From: Longimicrobiales bacterium
GTDB lineage: Bacteria; Gemmatimonadota; Gemmatimonadetes; Longimicrobiales; Gaopeijiaceae
Direction of reading: 5' to 3'
DNA: 64,000 nucleotides
Assembly (NCBI GenBank): GCA_965218295.1
Contig: CBDCKN010000009.1
Span: forward strand, 224,001 to 288,000
The notes below the pieces were generated by a model. That model was not told the DNA's origin. It saw only the letters and a list, made by a program, of their open reading frames with translations, and searched no databases. Shown piece after piece: positions 20,316 through 32,414 of this stretch (its first letter is position 1; each line of letters begins with the position of its first letter). Position numbers and translations under genes: made by a program.

Positions 20316-21239
20316 TCAGGCCGTCCGCTCTCTTTCCGGGGCAAAGCGAGGCCGCAACCGCAGGCAGTGTCCCTTGAGCTCCGCCAGGTACGCGGGCTCG
20401 GACTCGGCTCGTAGCAGAAGGCTCGCGAGGCCCTTGTCGTCGCCCACCGGGAAGTACCCGGGGTAATCATCACCGAGCAGTCCCCGGGATCCGGGGATGT
20501 CGGTCGACAGGACCGGCACCCCGGCAACGATCGCTTCCGAGACCACGTTGGCACCGCCCTCGTCGCGCGAGCTGAGTACCATCAGACGGGAGCTCGCGAG
20601 CAGCTCACGAGCTCGATCGAACGGTAGCGGCCCGAGCCATCGATAGCGCGGGTTGGTCTCGGTCTCCTTGCGGGCCTGCTCGCCGAGCTCCTGGTCGAGC
20701 GCGACACCGGCGTGCCGCACGACGATGCGCGAAGTCGCCGGCAAACACCGGGTCGCGACCGCGGCCATCAGTGGATCCTTGATTGCCCGGAGGTGGGACA
20801 GCACCGAGACTTCGAATCGATCCGGCAAGGTCTCCGGGGGCGAGGGCGGGGGCTCAGCCGACTGTAGGATGACATGGACCTTGTCGTGCATCGCCCGCGG
20901 CAAGCGCTCGAGCGCGGCCGGCTGCAGGGCCACGACGCGGGTCGCCATCTCGAGGGCGCGAAGCACTTCGTCGCTCTGGTCGAGGTCGCGATACAGATCG
21001 GTTCCGGCCAACGCGACCACCAGCGGTGCTCCCTGCCGCACTTCGTGGAATCGCCGGATCGATCCGAAGCTCTTTTGTGCATGCAGGGCAATCAAGACTT
21101 CTGCCTCGTCATCCTGCCAGCTCTGAACCAGATTGGTCGGGTGCCCCAACTCTTCCAACAGCCGCTGCCAGCGCATCGAGGTCGTGCGGTTCCCGCCTAG
21201 CGACGTCGCTGGAGCCGGGCTGACCAGGGTGACGTTCAA
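20316..21239 (-). CDS. senB: Selenosugar synthase-type glycosyltransferase
   Basis: GNRTTSMRW, LIALHA, GTDLY, HLRAIKDP, EGGANVVSEA; overlaps the end of the EgtB-family gene. Confidence 0.8.
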   Translation of the reverse strand: MNVTLVSPAPATSLGGNRTTSMRWQRLLEELGHPTNLVQSWQDDEAEVLIALHAQKSFGSIRRFHEVRQGAPLVVALAGTDLYRDLDQSDEVLRALEMATRVVALQPAALERLPRAMHDKVHVILQSAEPPPSPPETLPDRFEVSVLSHLRAIKDPLMAAVATRCLPATSRIVVRHAGVALDQELGEQARKETETNPRYRWLGPLPFDRARELLASSRLMVLSSRDEGGANVVSEAIVAGVPVLSTDIPGSRGLLGDDYPGYFPVGDDKGLASLLLRAESEPAYLAELKGHCLRLRPRFAPERERTA

Positions 21240-22546
21240 CGCTCGATCGCGCAGGTGCGAAAACCCGCGAAGACGTCGCGCCGATTCGGCGTGAAGTAGT
21301 TACGCCAGGTCGGGCGCAGCATGCGAGTTCGAGTCATCCAGCAGCCGCCACGCAGGGCCTTGCGACAGCCGAACCACGGCTTCGAGTACTGCTCGTAGGG
21401 GTCGACCACGAAGCCTGGGTACGGCAGGAAGTCGCTGGCGGTCCACTCCCAGACGTTGCCTAGCATCTGCCGGCAGCCGGCGGGCGTGTCACCCGCGGCG
21501 GCTGATGTGATCGGCCAGAGACCGCCACCGTTGCCATCGAGGTTGGCTCTTTCGGGGCTCGGCTCGGGAGAGTCGCCCCATGGGTACCGGCGCCGGGCAC
21601 CGGTCAACGCGTCGCCATCGACCTCGGCCGTCGCCGCAACTTCCCACTCAGGCTCGGTCGGCAGGCGCCGTCCCGCCCAGCGGCACCAGGCGTCCGCCTC
21701 ATACCAGTTGACGTGGACGACTGGGACGTTCACCTCGAGATCCCGCCAGGTGTCGAAGACACGCCTCTGCCACGCATCGCCGAGGAGTCGCCAGTAGACC
21801 GGGCACTCGGCGCCGGAAGCCAGCCGCCAGCGCCAGCCGCGATCACTCCACAGCTCGGACCGTCGATAGCCGCCGTCCTCAACGAACTCCAGAAACTGAG
21901 CCTGGGTCACCGGCGAGCGGGCGATGCGGAACGCCTCGATGTCGACCGGGTGTGCCCACTTTTCGTTGTCGAACACGAACGGTTCGTCTCTGCTCGCGCC
22001 GATGTCGACCCGGCCTCCCGGAATCCTCGCGTCACCGTTCGGCGACGGCTCCGCTGCCGCCTGCGCCGGGCCGAGCCAGCTGGGCGGCGCGTAGCCGAGC
22101 GTCTGACGCATGTAGCAAAACGCTTCCTGGTGCATGTCTTCGTGGAACACAGACAAGAGCAGGAAGTAGCGCAGCTCGGGGCTGGGTTCACCCTCGGCGA
22201 GTCTCTCGAGAACGGCATCCCGCACTCGCTGCCCATAGCTCACGACCTCCGTTCGTCCCGGCATCTTCAAATGCCAGCGCATCTCATGTCCGACATGGGC
22301 CGAGTCGAAGAGGTGATCCGGATCATCGAGCAGGGGCGTTCCACCGAGCGGCGTTTCACCGAGCGCATGACGCAACACCCAGTACTCCTGAAACCATATC
22401 CCGTGACCCAACTCCCACAGGAACGGGTTCACTGTGGGCAAATACGGCACCGACATCTGGTCATCGTCGAGATCGTCCACCATCGCAAACGTTCGCGCGC
22501 GGGCATCCTCGATCCAACTCTGGAGCTGCTTCGTCGACACGCTCAT
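21236..22546 (-). CDS. senA: Selenoneine synthase/EgtB-family sulfoxide synthase
   Basis: DinB-like His ligands (ELGH, HEDMHQE) plus FGE domain (RLPTEPEWE, GNVWEW, AGFR); coupled to senB. Confidence 0.75.
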   Translation of the reverse strand: MSVSTKQLQSWIEDARARTFAMVDDLDDDQMSVPYLPTVNPFLWELGHGIWFQEYWVLRHALGETPLGGTPLLDDPDHLFDSAHVGHEMRWHLKMPGRTEVVSYGQRVRDAVLERLAEGEPSPELRYFLLLSVFHEDMHQEAFCYMRQTLGYAPPSWLGPAQAAAEPSPNGDARIPGGRVDIGASRDEPFVFDNEKWAHPVDIEAFRIARSPVTQAQFLEFVEDGGYRRSELWSDRGWRWRLASGAECPVYWRLLGDAWQRRVFDTWRDLEVNVPVVHVNWYEADAWCRWAGRRLPTEPEWEVAATAEVDGDALTGARRRYPWGDSPEPSPERANLDGNGGGLWPITSAAAGDTPAGCRQMLGNVWEWTASDFLPYPGFVVDPYEQYSKPWFGCRKALRGGCWMTRTRMLRPTWRNYFTPNRRDVFAGFRTCAIER

Positions 22547-22661
22547 TCGAACACCAGCCTATTCTGTTCGATGGAAAATCGAATGATAGCGGGTCGTCAC
22601 TGCGCGCGCCGACGGTGTATTCTTCTGCATCCGGCCAACACATCGAGCACAGGGGGCACAA

Positions 22662-24438
22662 GTGACGTGGGAAATCGTCTTCGTACTGGTTTTGACGATC
22701 TGTGCGGTGGTGCTGTTTGTCACCGAGAAGTTCTCCACCGACGTCGTGGCCATCCTCGTCATGATCGCGCTTCTCGTCTCCGGCGTTCTCACCCCGGCGG
22801 AGGGGTTGGCCGGTTTCGCCAACACCGCAACCGTCACGGTCGGCGCGATGTTCGTGCTCAGCGCCGGAGTGTTCCGGAGCGGCGCGGTGAACTTCGTTGC
22901 CAGAGCGCTTGGGAGACTGGCCCGGCACAGCTCGGGGCTGATGCTGTTCGTGCTGATGGTGGGTGTCGGCGTGCTGTCATCCTTCCTGAACAATACGGCT
23001 GCGGTGGCAATCCTGATCCCTGTCGTCATCGTCGTCGCGCGGCGAGCGGACACGAGCCCCTCGAAACTGCTGATGCCCCTCTCCTACGCCTCCATGTTTG
23101 GGAGGCATGTGCACGGTGCTCGGGACGTCGACCAACATCCTGGCGAGCGCGATCGCCGAGGAGGCAGGGCTCGGAGCCTTCGGCATGTTCGAGTTCACCA
23201 AGCTGGGCGTGATTTTCTTCGCCGTCGGAGTCGCCTACATGATGACGGTGAGCAGAAAGCTCGTTCCCGACCACCGCGGCAAAGGGGATCTGACGAAGAG
23301 CTTCGGTATGGGCGACTACCTGACCGACCTCGTGTTACAGGCGGAATCGAAATCAGTCGGCCAGTCGCTGGCATCGGCGCCGCTCGTCGAAGAGCTCGGC
23401 ATCGAAGTTCTCCAGATCCTACGCGGCGAAGACATCCTGCGCCCGACTCCTGAGACCATCCTTCGCGAACACGACGTTCTTCGAATCAAGGGGGATCTGC
23501 GCACGATCAACGAGCTGAAGGACCGCGCCGGAGTGACCTTCGGAATGAGCATGAAGTGGCGTGACGAGGACCTCGAGTCCACCGACACCAGGCTGGTTGA
23601 GGCCGTGGTGGGGCCCAGCTCACCGCTGGCCGGGAAGTCCCTCGCCGAGTCGCATCTACGAGAGAACTACGGAGCCGCGGTGCTCGCCATCCGCCACCAC
23701 GGAGCGCTGACGCATGGCGAGGTTCAGAACATCAAGCTGATGCCGGGAGACACGCTGCTGATCGACGTACCGAACGATCAGATCGAGCATCTCACCCAGC
23801 AGCGCGTGTTCCTGCTGGTGTCCAGGGCGGGGATCCCACGTTTCAACTGGCCCAAGGCTACCAAGGCGCTCGTCATCGTGGTCTCGGTCCTTGTGATCGC
23901 GGCAACCGGACTGCTGTCGATTGTGGCTGCTGCAGCCGCGGGCGCCCTGATGATGGTGCTGAGCGGGTGCATCTCGACGGAGGAGGCTTACGGGGCGATC
24001 GAGTGGAACGTGCTCTTCCTGCTGGCGGGCATGCTCGCGCTGGGCGCCGCAATGGAAAAAACCGGCGCTTCGACGATGCTGGCGGGAGGGATGATTGACG
24101 GGGTCGGTGGATTCGGGCCGATTGCGCTGCTTGCTGCATTTTTCGGCATCACCATGTTGCTGACAGAAGTGATGTCGAACAACGCGACCGTCGCGCTGTT
24201 ACTCCCCATCGCGATCACCGCCGCGCATGCGATCGACGCGGACCCGCGCGCCTTCATGTTCGCGGTCGTGTTTGCGGCGTCGTCGAGCTTCATGACACCG
24301 GTTGGCTATCAGACGAACACGATGATCTATGGGCCCGGCCAATACCGGTTCGTGGATTTCCTTCGTGTGGGCGCACCACTCAACCTCATATTCTGGGTCT
24401 TGGGCACGCTCTTGATTCCCTGGTTCTGGCCCCTTTAG
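22662..24438 (+). CDS. SLC13-family permease with TrkA-C domains, frameshifted near 23100
   Basis: SSFLNNT...PLSYASMF|GGMCTVLGTSTN; MSNNA; TPVGYQTN. Confidence 0.85.
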
Positions 24439-24449
24439 GCCGGCGGATC

Positions 24450-24640
24450 GCCGGTCCCGAACACCGTTTCCAGCAAACCAGCACTTTTCGCAGGAGGGCC
24501 TCTGCGCCCTCAGGTCCCCGCACAGGATAGTGCACGAGATCCACGAAGAGCTGCACGTCGGATACCAGGGGGACGCCACTCTGCTTGCGCCTACTGGGCC
24601 GCTCTCGGATGTTGACTATGGTCTGATCCCGGAGTGCGTC
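24450..24640 (-). pseudogene. C-terminal remnant of an AbiEi-like (type IV TA) antitoxin
   Basis: VPLVSDVQLFVDLVHYPVRGPEGAEALL. Confidence 0.55.
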
Positions 24641-24793
24641 CGTGTCCGATCCAGTTGTCCGCCTCAATGCCGCCTTGGAAGGCCGCTACGCCAGCTCGCA
24701 CTCCTTGTCTTGCGACGGCAGAAGCCATGGACTCTGACGACGTTAAGCGGGAGACCGGGCCACAGCGCATAGAAACGCAACCAAGGAGGACCC

Positions 24794-25459
<666 letters not shown>

Positions 25460-25480
25460 CCGGTTCTGCCGCCCCGCTGC

Positions 25481-25957
25481 CTACCGCCTGCAGCTGCCCT
25501 CGGCGGGCGTCAACGAAGAGAGGTCGTACTTGAGCGGCGTGGCCCCCGGCCCAACCGTGACGCGCCAGTGCAAGCTCTCCCTTAGGTCAACCGGCCAGGC
25601 GAGCTGCGGGCGCGTCCCGAGCGGAACGAACTCGAGCACGATCTCCCCGACCGTTTGTGGAATCTGTATGCAATTGCGGCCGCCGATGGCCGTCCCCAGC
25701 CTGAAGCCGTTCAGACGGACTGCGATGGGACCGCCCGAGGCATTCTCCACGAGAAGCGTCGGGATCCACGAGTCGGAACGGTTGGCGCGTTCCACACTCG
25801 AGATCGGAGCGGAGCCCTCATCCCCCCCTTGGACGCCTTCGAGGCGTGCGGATCCTCCGGCCGTGGAGCACGCGCTCAAGAACAAGATCAGAAACACTGC
25901 CAGTGGGACTCTTCCACCTCCACCCATCATCCACCTCCTTGTTGTCCCTGTGCCCAC
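25481..25957 (-). CDS. Hypothetical lipoprotein
   Basis: Lipobox LSAC. Confidence 0.55.
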   Translation of the reverse strand: MGTGTTRRWMMGGGGRVPLAVFLILFLSACSTAGGSARLEGVQGGDEGSAPISSVERANRSDSWIPTLLVENASGGPIAVRLNGFRLGTAIGGRNCIQIPQTVGEIVLEFVPLGTRPQLAWPVDLRESLHWRVTVGPGATPLKYDLSSLTPAEGSCRR

Positions 25958-26246
25958 CCAGGGGCGCCCTCATCCCCGGTCCCCTGACCCGGGCAAAAAC
26001 CAGTTTCAAAATCTGAGCCCGCCATGGCCGGTTGTCCGGGAAGGCCGACGCCCAGTGAAGGAGTGAGACGGCGAGGGGGACAATGACCTTGAACTGCCCT
26101 CGTAGCCGCTCCCCACCACCCTCCACGTCCCCGATCCACCGACCACGATTGTATCGGTACATTATCCCCTCTAGTTGTCCCTATTGTCGCGGTATCGATG
26201 ACGATAAGCGTTGACAAACGGCCTGTCAATACGTACGATTGTCCCT

Positions 26247-26360
26247 ATGACAATCTGGAGACCTCGGATCGAGGACGACGCCGCGCCGCGCTATTCTAGC
26301 CATCGCCAACGCCATCGCTCGAGGCACCTTCGTCCGCGGTCGCGAAGTCGAGGAGTACGG
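26247..26360 (+). pseudogene. Internally deleted GntR/MocR-family regulator remnant
   Basis: MTIWRPRIEDDAAPRY then, after a frameshift, LAIANAIA/RGTFV. Confidence 0.55.
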
Positions 26361-26427
26361 CTGGGCGGCGGCCCGGCCGGAGTGCGCTCCACATCTGGAT
26401 GCCGCCCCCCTCATGACGGAGCTACTG

Positions 26428-26745
26428 ATGGCGTACTACTTGGTTGAAGCAGTGGCTAAGGAAGAGCGACTCCCAGAGCTTGCGGAGCGGCTGGAGCAAG
26501 ACGAGTTCCTTCCCATGCACCCCTTCGGCGCCTCCGTCACATTCTCGCTGCGTGGCGCCCGCAGGCGCCCCGACGGCGGAGTGGTCTGGGAGGAAGAGGA
26601 CTATTGTTCTCCACCACTTGCCCAGGAACGCGCGGCAGTACTCGACGAGTACTTTGAAGACCTTCGCGTCACATCCGTCCAACGGCATGAGGGCTGGGCT
26701 CAGATCCGTGATCTGCCGCCACTCTTCCCTGAGTTGGCGGAGTAA
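26428..26745 (+). CDS. Conserved hypothetical protein
   Basis: PFG...WEEEDYCSPPLAQER..VLD motif; SD upstream. Confidence 0.7.
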   Translation: MAYYLVEAVAKEERLPELAERLEQDEFLPMHPFGASVTFSLRGARRRPDGGVVWEEEDYCSPPLAQERAAVLDEYFEDLRVTSVQRHEGWAQIRDLPPLFPELAE

Positions 26746-26935
26746 CGCGTAGCGGCCCTCCCCCTCTGGTCCCTGGCGCTGGCTGGCTTGTTCATCTGGG
26801 GCGTGGGTTGGTCCTTGACTTGGGGCCTCGTTTGACAGAGTTCTGCTTGCGCTTGCAGCCGCGGGCGGCCAGATCCTATACTGCCCGTTTACGGTCCATT
26901 TAAGGTGTGCGGAGGTGACCCCCTGGAGGTGCCCC

Positions 26936-29233
26936 ATGCGGAAAAGATCACCCTCGCGAATCCTGGCGTGCCTTGCCGGTGCAACCGCCCTCGCAGCATG
27001 CGGCGAACGAGAATCGGGGGGCGCGGACTTTGACGAACTGGCCCACGCCTCTCTGGCGCAGATCGACGGCAGCCTGACGGTGGACGGGTTGACGGCCGAC
27101 GTGGAAGTGCTTCGCGATGAGTGGGGCATCGCACACATCTACGCCCAGAACACAGACGATCTCTTCTTCGCACAAGGGTACGTCCAGGCCCAGGACAGGC
27201 TTTGGCAGATCGACATGTGGCGGCGGGTCAACGAGGGCCGTCTCGGCGAGATCCTGGGTCCTGAGGCGTTCGAGCACGACAAGCTGGCGCGATTGCTCAT
27301 GTACCGGGGCCCTTGGGACGAAGAGTGGACGAGCTATCACCCCAACGGAAAGGCCATTTTCGAGGCCTTCGCCAACGGGGTGAACGCATACATCGACCAG
27401 ATCGGGGACAATCTCCCGGTTGAATACAAGGTCACCGGGCTCAGGCCCTTACGCTGGACTCCGGAGGCTTCGACGGGGCGGGTGGCAACCGCACTTCCGC
27501 TCCGTGCCGCCCGGGCCGAACTAGAACTGGCCCGGCAGGTCGCCGAGTTGGGAGCCGATGAGGCGAACCGTAGAGCCCAGCCCGATCCGTGGAACGAGCT
27601 TCGTATTCCAGAGGGCCTGGACGTGTCGATTATTCCCGAGGCGGTTGGGGCAGTTCTTGGGGAGTTCCGGCGCGGGTTTCCCAAGCCCCAGCTCCTTCCG
27701 GAGTACCAGGGCTTGCCCGGGGCCGTTGCGTCTCTGAACCAGGGGGCCGTGGAGACTTCGCCAGGCAGCAACAACTGGGTGGTAAGCGGCCGCCTGACCG
27801 CGAGTGGCCAGGTCCTGCTCTCCAACGATCCGCACCGCCAGGTTACTAATCCGTCACTCCGGTACTTGATCCACCTGAACGCGCCCGGCTACAGCGTGAT
27901 CGGGGCCACCGAGCCGGCTATTCCCGGGGTGGCCATCGGACATAATGGGAAGGTGGCATGGGGACTCACGATAGTCGGCACCGACCAGGCCGACATTTTT
28001 GTCGAGGAGCTGAGCCCCGTTAACCTGAACGAGGCCCGCTGGAACGATGAGTGGTATCCGCTTCGCATCCAGGAAGAGACCATCGCGATCCGGGGGGAAG
28101 AGCCCCGCTCCGTCGAGCTCAAGTTCAGCAGACACGGCCCCATCTTCTACGTCGACTCGACCAACCACGTAGCGTATGCGATTCGATTGACGTCGACGGA
28201 ACCAGGCACGGGAGGCTATCTGGCCGCACTCAGAATCGCGGACGTAGACAATTGTCGTGAGTTCCTGGACGACGCCATGGCGTACTACAAGGCGCCGACC
28301 GAAAACATGATCTGCGGCGACGCCGGGGGGAACATCGGCTGGTTGGCCGCCGCCCTGACCCCCCGGCGCAAGGGTGGTTGGTACGGGCGGCTGCCAGTGC
28401 CTGGTACTGGCCAATTCGAGTGGGACGGCTTTCGGAGTCACACCGAGCTTCCGCAGGAATACAACCCGGAGCGGGGTTGGATCGCCACGGCCAACCACAA
28501 CATCCTGCCTCCAGGCTATGAGCCGCCGCTCTTCTTCAAACGTGCCCCGTATTCAAGGTGGGACAGACTGCAGCAGATGTTCGCGGACGTGGCTGACCTG
28601 ACCCCCGACGATTTCGAGCGGATGCTGCACGACGCCGTGTACCCATACATCGATGAAGATCTGCCGCTGTTCAGCGGCTGGACCAGCGAGGATGCGGACC
28701 TGGAGTGGGCCCGGTCCCGGCTCGCCGCCTGGGATGGCGTCTACGACAAGGATGAGGCCGCCCCGGCCCTTCACAACGTCTGGCGGAGGAGCTTGAGTGA
28801 GGAGGCTCGCCTGCCGGGAACGGGAGCTGCGGAACGGGGGGCCTTGTCCGAGGCCGCGTTGGCCCGGGCGGTCGAGGAGCTCCGCTCGACCCAGGGCGGG
28901 GACCGGGAGCAATGGCGTTGGGGCCGGATGAACAGAAGTGAGTTCCCCCACTCGCTCGTGAGCGCATACGATCTGGCGTCGGTGGAGAGGTCGGGCGGCG
29001 GCGGAACGGTGGCCTCAAGGAGCGCCACATTCCGCCATATCGTCGATTTTGCCGACCTGGACAACTCGCGTGGCACCAATGCGCCGGGTCAGTCGGGTCA
29101 GCCGGGAAGTCCCTATTACGGGAACCTCCTCTCGTTTTGGGGCAATCAGGAGTTCTTTCCGCTGCTGTACACCAGGGAGGCCGTCGAAGGCCGGGCCGCG
29201 CACCGCCAGACGCTCGGACCGGGAGGCCCGTAG
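26936..29233 (+). CDS. Penicillin acylase-family Ntn hydrolase lipoprotein
   Basis: RDEWGIAHIYA, QDRLWQ, GSNNW, NDPH, PGQSG. Confidence 0.92.
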   Translation: MRKRSPSRILACLAGATALAACGERESGGADFDELAHASLAQIDGSLTVDGLTADVEVLRDEWGIAHIYAQNTDDLFFAQGYVQAQDRLWQIDMWRRVNEGRLGEILGPEAFEHDKLARLLMYRGPWDEEWTSYHPNGKAIFEAFANGVNAYIDQIGDNLPVEYKVTGLRPLRWTPEASTGRVATALPLRAARAELELARQVAELGADEANRRAQPDPWNELRIPEGLDVSIIPEAVGAVLGEFRRGFPKPQLLPEYQGLPGAVASLNQGAVETSPGSNNWVVSGRLTASGQVLLSNDPHRQVTNPSLRYLIHLNAPGYSVIGATEPAIPGVAIGHNGKVAWGLTIVGTDQADIFVEELSPVNLNEARWNDEWYPLRIQEETIAIRGEEPRSVELKFSRHGPIFYVDSTNHVAYAIRLTSTEPGTGGYLAALRIADVDNCREFLDDAMAYYKAPTENMICGDAGGNIGWLAAALTPRRKGGWYGRLPVPGTGQFEWDGFRSHTELPQEYNPERGWIATANHNILPPGYEPPLFFKRAPYSRWDRLQQMFADVADLTPDDFERMLHDAVYPYIDEDLPLFSGWTSEDADLEWARSRLAAWDGVYDKDEAAPALHNVWRRSLSEEARLPGTGAAERGALSEAALARAVEELRSTQGGDREQWRWGRMNRSEFPHSLVSAYDLASVERSGGGGTVASRSATFRHIVDFADLDNSRGTNAPGQSGQPGSPYYGNLLSFWGNQEFFPLLYTREAVEGRAAHRQTLGPGGP

Positions 29234-29462
29234 TCGGGCAGAGGCCCGATTCCTAGACATTTTTCGGGTATCCTACACGGCGCGGATCTTCATCAGCCAG
29301 GACGACTGGGCCAAGGCACGGGACCGGCCTCGCGCTTGACGGGGGGCACCCGTCCGTGGAGTATCACCAAGATGGGCCCTCTCCTTTTCGGCCGCCGGAT
29401 TCGTGTCCTGGGCCAGGTCGTCGAGGGCTTCGGCAGTGCGCGAATCATTCAAGGAGAATGCC

Positions 29463-31243
29463 ATGAGCGCGAACGGTCTCGACTTCACCATCGGCATCGG
29501 GGGGCCGCTGGCCAGGGAATCGCGACGCCGGGTAATATCCTCGCTCGCATCTTCGTGCGGCGCGGTCTGCATCTCTACTCATACAACGCCCATCAGTCGA
29601 TCATCCGGGGAGGACACAGCCTGTTGATGTTGCGCATCCGCGAAGAGGAGGTGCACAGCCACGGCGACGGCATGGACCTGCTGCTCTGCCTGAACCAGGA
29701 CACGATGAACCGGCACGTGGGGCTCCTCAGGCCGGGATCCCGTGTGCTCTACAACAGCGACACCATCCAGCCCGGTGAGGTGCCGGACGACATCCTCCCT
29801 TGCCCGATGCCCATCGGCGACCTGGCGGGGGACAGCAAGAACAAGCTCATCCAGAACACCATCTCACTCGGCGTCATGATGTCCCTGTTGGGCGTCGAGT
29901 TCTCGGTGCTGGAGGAGGCCCTGGAGCTCCTGTTCCGGCGGAAGGGACCCGCCGTGGTCGAAGAGAACGTGACCATGTCCCGGGCCGGCTACGACCACGG
30001 GGCCGCCAACTTCCAGCCATATCCCGTGCCGTTACCGAAGGGGAATAAGCCCCTCGGGTTGTGGGCCGGCAACGACGCTCTGGCCATGGGCGCGGCGGCG
30101 GCCGGAGTGACTTTCTACGCCGCGTATCCGATGAGCCCCGCGAGCGGAATCCTCCACTGGATGGCGCAGAACGCCCGCGAGCTGGGCATCATGGTGCGTC
30201 AGGTCGAGGACGAGATCGGCGTGGCGAACATGACCATCGGCGCCGCCCACGCAGGCTGCCGCGCCATGTGCGCCACCTCCGGCGGCGGCTTCGCGCTGAT
30301 GACGGAAGCGATCGGGAGCGCGGCGATGATGGAGATCCCCGCGGTCTTCATCAACGTGATGCGCGCCGGACCCTCCACGGGCGTCCCCACGAAGACCGAG
30401 CAGGGCGACCTCTGGCAGGTCCTTGGCGCCAGCCAGGGCGACTACGAGCGCTTCATCGTGGCGCCGAAGGACTCCCTGGACGCGTTCAACACGGTCCCCG
30501 AGCTCTTCAACCTCGTGGACCACGCCCAATGTCCCGGAATCATCATCTCCGATCTGCTCCTCTCGGAAGGGACATTCAGCGTTGACCCCGACCTAATCGA
30601 CCTCCACCCCGCGATCGATCGAGGCGCCCTCATCGTCGATCCTTCGCCCGACGGAGACTACCTGCGCTACGCCGACACGGAGAGCGGGATCTCGCCGCGA
30701 GTGGCGCCGGGCTACGAGGGATACGTCCACGTCGTAGCCACGGATGAGCACGATGAGGACGGAGTGCTGATCAGTGACGAGTTCACCCATCCGCACAAGC
30801 GCCGCAAGATGGTGGAGAAGCGCGCTCGGAAGCTCCAGGGCGTCGGTGCCGACGTACCCCCGCCGACCCTCGAAGGCCCCCCCGACGCCCAAGTGACACT
30901 GGTCGGCTGGGGCTCCACCTACGGCGTGATCCGGGAGGCCGTCGACGTGCTCGCCGAGCGCGGGGTGGTCGCCAATCAGCTCGCCATCAAGTGGATCGTT
31001 CCGTTCCACGACGAGGTCGTCAGCGGGATCCTGTCCCGATCGAAGCGGGTCCTCGTCGTTGAGAACAGCTACTCGGGTCAGTTCGCGCGTTATTTGCGGA
31101 GCGAGACCGGCTTCGCCGCGGCCGGCCACATCCGGAAGTACGACGGAGAGCCGTTCATGCCGCACCACGTCGTCGAAGGAGTCCTCGAGCTGTTGCAGGG
31201 CGAGGCTGCCCTTTACGTACCGCATCAGGAGATCATCGTATGA
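29463..31243 (+). CDS. korA: 2-oxoacid:acceptor oxidoreductase subunit alpha, frameshift near 29500
   Basis: MSANGLDFTIGIGG|AAGQG; YPMSP; EDE; ATSGGG; GPSTG. Confidence 0.88.
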
Positions 31244-32160
31244 GCACCGTCGAGAGCACGGCCGAGCTGATTGGTGTCGAGCTGCCCCGATCCCCGGCCT
31301 CGGCCAAGGAGTTCAAGGGTCAAGTCACGCCCGACTGGTGCCCCGGCTGCGGAGACTTCGGAGTGCTGAACGCGCTCCAGCGAGCGGTCTTCGAGCTGGG
31401 GCTCAAGCCGCATGAGATCCTGTGCGTGAGTGGCATCGGCTGCTCGTCCAATTTGCCCGGCTACTTCAACGCCTACGGGATGCACACCCTGCACGGGCGC
31501 TCTCTCCCGGTGGCGACGGGAGCCAAACTGGGGAACCACCAGCTCAACGTCATCGTTACCGGCGGCGACGGCGACGGCTACGGCATCGGCGGCAATCACC
31601 TGATGCACACCGCGCGCCGCAATATCGACCTCACCTATCTGGTGATGAACAACCAGATCTATGGCCTGACCACGGGCCAGGTCTCGCCCACCAGCCGCTC
31701 CGACATGAAGACCAAGAGCACGCCCTTCGGAAACCTCGAGCTTCCCATCAACCCCCTCACGTCCGTGATCATGAACGGCGCGACGTACGTCGCCCGGGGC
31801 TACAGCGCCGACGTCAAGCACCTCACGGAGCTCATCAAGAATGCGATCCAGCACCAGGGCTTTTCCTTCATCGACATCTTCAGCCCCTGTGTCACCTACA
31901 ACCACGACAACGACTTCGCGTTCTTCAAGCCGCGGGTGAAGAAGCTGGAAGACGAAGGGCACGACACCGGCGACTGGAAGGCGGCCTGCGAGAAGGCGAT
32001 GCTGTGGGGAGACGAGATCTACATCGGGCTGTTCCTCGAGAACGACCGGCCCTCCCTGGACTCGCTCGAACCGGTCATCGCCGACGGGGTTCCCCTCGCA
32101 CGCCGTCCCCTCGGACTCAGCAGCGAGCAGGCCAGCAAGCTGATCGGCCGAATGATGTAG
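31240..32160 (+). CDS. korB: 2-oxoacid:ferredoxin oxidoreductase subunit beta
   Basis: WCPGCG, GIGCS, GDGD, YGLTTGQ. Confidence 0.92.
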   Translation: MSTVESTAELIGVELPRSPASAKEFKGQVTPDWCPGCGDFGVLNALQRAVFELGLKPHEILCVSGIGCSSNLPGYFNAYGMHTLHGRSLPVATGAKLGNHQLNVIVTGGDGDGYGIGGNHLMHTARRNIDLTYLVMNNQIYGLTTGQVSPTSRSDMKTKSTPFGNLELPINPLTSVIMNGATYVARGYSADVKHLTELIKNAIQHQGFSFIDIFSPCVTYNHDNDFAFFKPRVKKLEDEGHDTGDWKAACEKAMLWGDEIYIGLFLENDRPSLDSLEPVIADGVPLARRPLGLSSEQASKLIGRMM

Positions 32161-32414
32161 AGGGAGCGGGTAAGGGAAATACCGCGTGACGGTCTCGGGA
32201 CGCGACTGACCGAGCTCTTCGAGGGACCGGCCTAGTCGGATTGCCGCCCGTACTCCGCGAGCACGTGCGGGTCGAGACCGATGCCCCAGCCCGGCTGGTC
32301 AGCGGGCTCCACGAAGCCGTCTTTCGCTCGCGGTCAGCAGATATTGGTCGCGCAGTACGATCGCCAGTCCTGTGGGAAGGTCATCCACGTTCTGGCGCAA
32401 GTCTCGGGATCAAC

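Noticed and set aside
20316..20318. Genome-wide UGA recoding or selenocysteine machinery
   Set aside because: Many genes end normally at TGA, tRNA-Trp has a CCA anticodon, and no tRNA-Sec is in the window
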